Positions 41,967 through 44,824 of a stretch of 44,824 nt of DNA are shown in pieces. The notes under the pieces are model-generated. The model saw only the letters and a list, made by a program, of their open reading frames with translations. It did not search any database and had not been told where the DNA came from. The stretch is from a virus (taxonomy: Duplodnaviria > Caudoviricetes): positions 1 through 44,824 of the IMG/VR virus record IMGVR_UViG_3300033067_001991; one strand, 5' to 3'. Position numbers and translations under genes: made by a program. Numbering within the stretch: the first letter of the stretch is position 1; every line of letters starts with the position of its first letter.

Positions 41967-42469
41967 GAAAATTAACAGTAGGATTTTCAAAACCAAAGCG
42001 AAAATTTCCAATATTTTCCTGGGCCATAAGAGCGTATGAGCACACGGAATTTTCACACGTCTACGTGAGATGGCAGACATCCGTTGGCCCCAGCATTTGT
42101 TATCACGCAGCTCACGCTACTTTACATTTTTTATCTGACACCTGTTTTGAGAAACAGATCAACACAGTTGATAGTTTTGAATTTAACGTAAGTGATGAGA
42201 AATATAATAAACTTTTAAAATACTGTTTGGAGACCTGTGGCAACGATTATTCCTTAGTCGGGGTCTTGGCCATTCCGATTATCGATTTTTTCGGGTTAAA
42301 GAAAAATCCGTTCGGTGGTGGTCCATTGGAGCAGTATTGCGCAGAACTGGTATATCGAATCTTAGGTGAAATGACTGGGGATGCACTGACCTACGACGCG
42401 GATCGGGTCAAGTTAAATGAGGTCTACGAGTACGTGAAAAATAAGCATTTAGTAAGTCAAGACCTTTAA
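41963..42469 (+). CDS. Permuted papain-like NlpC/P60 (YiiX/YaeF-like) enzyme
   Basis: FSHVY (His) precedes G.DY and YCAELV (Cys), the circularly permuted catalytic order. Confidence 0.75.
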   Translation: MRKLTVGFSKPKRKFPIFSWAIRAYEHTEFSHVYVRWQTSVGPSICYHAAHATLHFLSDTCFEKQINTVDSFEFNVSDEKYNKLLKYCLETCGNDYSLVGVLAIPIIDFFGLKKNPFGGGPLEQYCAELVYRILGEMTGDALTYDADRVKLNEVYEYVKNKHLVSQDL

Positions 42470-42480
42470 TCGTTTAAAGG

Positions 42481-42509
42481 TTGACTGACGAGTGAGCACT
42501 ATACAGAAT
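42481..42509 (+). promoter_or_regulatory. Putative internal sigma70 promoter
   Basis: TTGACT-N17-CAGAAT upstream of 42526. Confidence 0.55.
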
Positions 42510-42525
42510 TAATGAAGGGGATCAA

Positions 42526-42759
42526 ATGGATAGAAAAGTTAAAGAGTTTATCCAGGCCATTAGAAATGAGCCTGTTAAGATGTTCCGCGTTTATGATGGT
42601 GGAAACAGACTAATTACTCAATACGAAGCTGTAACCCACGCCCAAGACGGCGATCCATGTATGAGATCAGATTATTCCTACGTAGGTCCTACAGATTTTA
42701 AAGTAGAAAAAATGAAAGAATCCGTAGACGTTTGGTCATCAGCGTATGAAATGCCATAA
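42526..42759 (+). CDS. Small virion-module protein
   Basis: AAGGGG RBS; 77 aa. Confidence 0.6.
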   Translation: MDRKVKEFIQAIRNEPVKMFRVYDGGNRLITQYEAVTHAQDGDPCMRSDYSYVGPTDFKVEKMKESVDVWSSAYEMP

Positions 42760-42769
42760 GGAGTGATCG

Positions 42770-44824
42770 ATGGGAATTTTAGATAGATCGCCCAAAGGCA
42801 ACCTTATATCGCCACTTAACCAGTATTACGGAACACTCGATCAAATTGCATTCAATAATCCAAGACTTCCACAAACTGGAAGCCCCAACGCTCAAAACGC
42901 GATTGATTATCTTTTCGCTGTAGTTTATCCAAACTACAAAGGTACGGTTGCAAACCCCGCAGCTCTACCGCTTGTTGGGAATTTAGCAAATGATTATTAC
43001 ATTGTCTCAGATGACGGAGATGGAAAATCAGCCGGATATGTTTGGGCCATTGTTGACAATGCCGGTGCTTGGTCAAAAAAATATGATGTTGATTGGAGCT
43101 ACGAAGGTATTTACGCTGAGACAATTGTACGTACCCAATATTTGTATGTTTCAAAATATGGAACCACCGATAAAGATAACAGCGGCGCAGACGTCGTTGG
43201 AATCTATGCGGGTCAGAGAGTTTACGGGGGCAATGCCACTGGACAAAATTTAACATTTAATGCCAACTCCGCGGATGCTACTGGGTTCGTTCAAACAGAT
43301 AATTCATTTCGTCCTACTGCGGATAACACTTTAGATATTGGAACCGGCGCCCTAAAATTCCAAACTGGATATTTTGGAACGTCAGTTTTAGCGGGAACTT
43401 TAACTTTAAGCTCTGGCTCTATAGTTGATTCAAGTGGTGCGATCTCTTTTGGTAATGAAAATTTAACTACGACCGGGGATATTAGCGGCGCGATCATCAC
43501 AGGATCCACTTCACTGAAGACTGGAACCATGACGATCACCGGTGGAAATATTGCCGACACGTCGGGAGCGATAAGCTTTAATGCTTTAAATCTCACGACC
43601 ACGGGATTCGTGCAAGCCACGAGTTTCAAAGCCGGAACAACCACTCTTTCCGCAGCTTCCCTGGATGATACTTCAGGGAATTTTAGTTTTAATGCCTTAA
43701 ATCTAACGACTACTGGCACACTCGGTGCGGGCAACACGACAGTTACTCAGCTTGATGCGGGTAATCTTCGCTTAGCTGCAAACACACTTTCATCAACAAA
43801 TGCTAATGGAAATATTATCCTCCTTCCAAATGGAACGGGAATAATTGATTTACAGAAAGCAGCCACGACTTTAGGGGTCACGGCTACGGGAAATATTTCC
43901 GCAACCGGTACAGGAACTTTTGGAAATATCCAAATTTCTGGAAACACAATCTTATCAACAAATGTCAGTGGAAATATTATTTTATCTCCAAATGGAGCGG
44001 GAATTATCCAAGCAAACGCTACGATAGATGCGGGAACGGATGCGAGCTTTAGCATAGGCCTAGCCTCAAATCGTTTCACATCTATATTTCTATCTGCGGG
44101 AATTTCTGACGGAACCACAAGCATTGCTCAAACTGTGTTACAATCACTAAGAAACATTAATGTGGGTGTAACTACAGGTATGACGATTTTCTGGAATGGA
44201 TCGCAATGGGTTCCATCAATTCCGGACACTGAAATTACACACGATACCCTTTCAGGGTTAACCACAGGGGATGCAGGTCACACTCAATTTGTTATGCTTG
44301 CGGGACGCTCTGGAGGGCAAGTGGTTCAAGGAGGAACCAACGCAAGCGAAAATCTTGTGTTTGAATCCACCTCCAATGCCTCCAAAGGTTTAGTTCTAAC
44401 TAAAGACGCTTTTGCCGCTTTCACTAACGCCTCATTCTCAGGAACTTGGGCCGGTATTGATATCGGAGCACCAACAAATTATTTCAGACATTCATATTTC
44501 AAGGGCGAGCACTTCGGATTCAGATTCGAAAACGTTGCAGCCCTTCCATCAAATTCTGCACAAAACGTTGGGCGTACGGTTTACCTATCCACTGTTCAAA
44601 AGCTGATGGTGGATAACGGAACGACTTGGGTTACGGCAGGATCTACGATTGAAAAATTCTCAAGTGACACAACTTGGGATGGAATTATCTCAACTCTCAC
44701 GGTCACGGTGTCTTCTACAATTTCAGAAGCCCGAACGGCTTTATGGCAGTTTTTAGATAATGCAAATAATTTTGAGCGTATTAACACAAAAATAGAAGCG
44801 ATCAGTGCAACGCAAGTTCGAATC
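42770..44824 (+). CDS. Large tail fibre / virion protein (~702 aa including 1-54; absent from the ORF track)
   Basis: AGGAG RBS, ATG 42770, frame open at the points checked through to the window end; three xxDxSGxxSFxxxNLTTTG repeats and two STNxxGNIILxPNGxG repeats. Confidence 0.85.
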   Translation, partial: MGILDRSPKGNLISPLNQYYGTLDQIAFNNPRLPQTGSPNAQNAIDYLFAVVYPNYKGTVANPAALPLVGNLANDYYIVSDDGDGKSAGYVWAIVDNAGAWSKKYDVDWSYEGIYAETIVRTQYLYVSKYGTTDKDNSGADVVGIYAGQRVYGGNATGQNLTFNANSADATGFVQTDNSFRPTADNTLDIGTGALKFQTGYFGTSVLAGTLTLSSGSIVDSSGAISFGNENLTTTGDISGAIITGSTSLKTGTMTITGGNIADTSGAISFNALNLTTTGFVQATSFKAGTTTLSAASLDDTSGNFSFNALNLTTTGTLGAGNTTVTQLDAGNLRLAANTLSSTNANGNIILLPNGTGIIDLQKAATTLGVTATGNISATGTGTFGNIQISGNTILSTNVSGNIILSPNGAGIIQANATIDAGTDASFSIGLASNRFTSIFLSAGISDGTTSIAQTVLQSLRNINVGVTTGMTIFWNGSQWVPSIPDTEITHDTLSGLTTGDAGHTQFVMLAGRSGGQVVQGGTNASENLVFESTSNASKGLVLTKDAFAAFTNASFSGTWAGIDIGAPTNYFRHSYFKGEHFGFRFENVAALPSNSAQNVGRTVYLSTVQKLMVDNGTTWVTAGSTIEKFSSDTTWDGIISTLTVTVSSTISEARTALWQFLDNANNFERINTKIEAISATQVRI

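Noticed and set aside
42852-44787. Track ORFs 42852-43256, 42990-43253, 43291-43737, 43747-44124, 44412-44606 and 44596-44787
   Set aside because: They are shadows of the long + strand ORF from 42770, which the track missed because it has no stop inside the window.

Overview
The window looks like a complete, circularly permuted ~44.8-kb tailed dsDNA phage genome with podovirus-like architecture. An ORF missing from the supplied track starts at 42770, runs off the right end and continues in frame through 1-54. The + strand late arm (30906 -> end -> 13365) encodes small and large terminase, portal, scaffold, major capsid, decoration and fibre proteins, an embedded five-gene lysis cassette, nozzle/adaptor, and ejection proteins with a GNAT-cupin pair. 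A - strand arm (25017 -> 13313) encodes an XRE regulator, SNF2 helicase, HU, dNMP kinase, two HNH endonucleases, family A DNA polymerase and VRR-NUC. A divergent TOPRIM/D5 primase-helicase is followed by an iteron-type origin. A small - strand operon containing a catalytic-domain-only tyrosine recombinase lies downstream of a sigma54-type promoter with IHF sites. From recalled sequence style (not a search), the HU, XRE and fibre motifs suggest a Bdellovibrionota (predatory) host. The most unusual parts are: (1) the 30093-30905 control region, with a sigma54/IHF/enhancer layout on one side and a sigma70 promoter driving two structured RNA domains on the other; (2) an unannotated 22-aa histone-H1-like peptide gene; (3) a non-canonical lysis cassette. 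No tRNA, CRISPR array, reverse transcriptase or RNA polymerase was seen. All family calls come from motif recognition without database searches.
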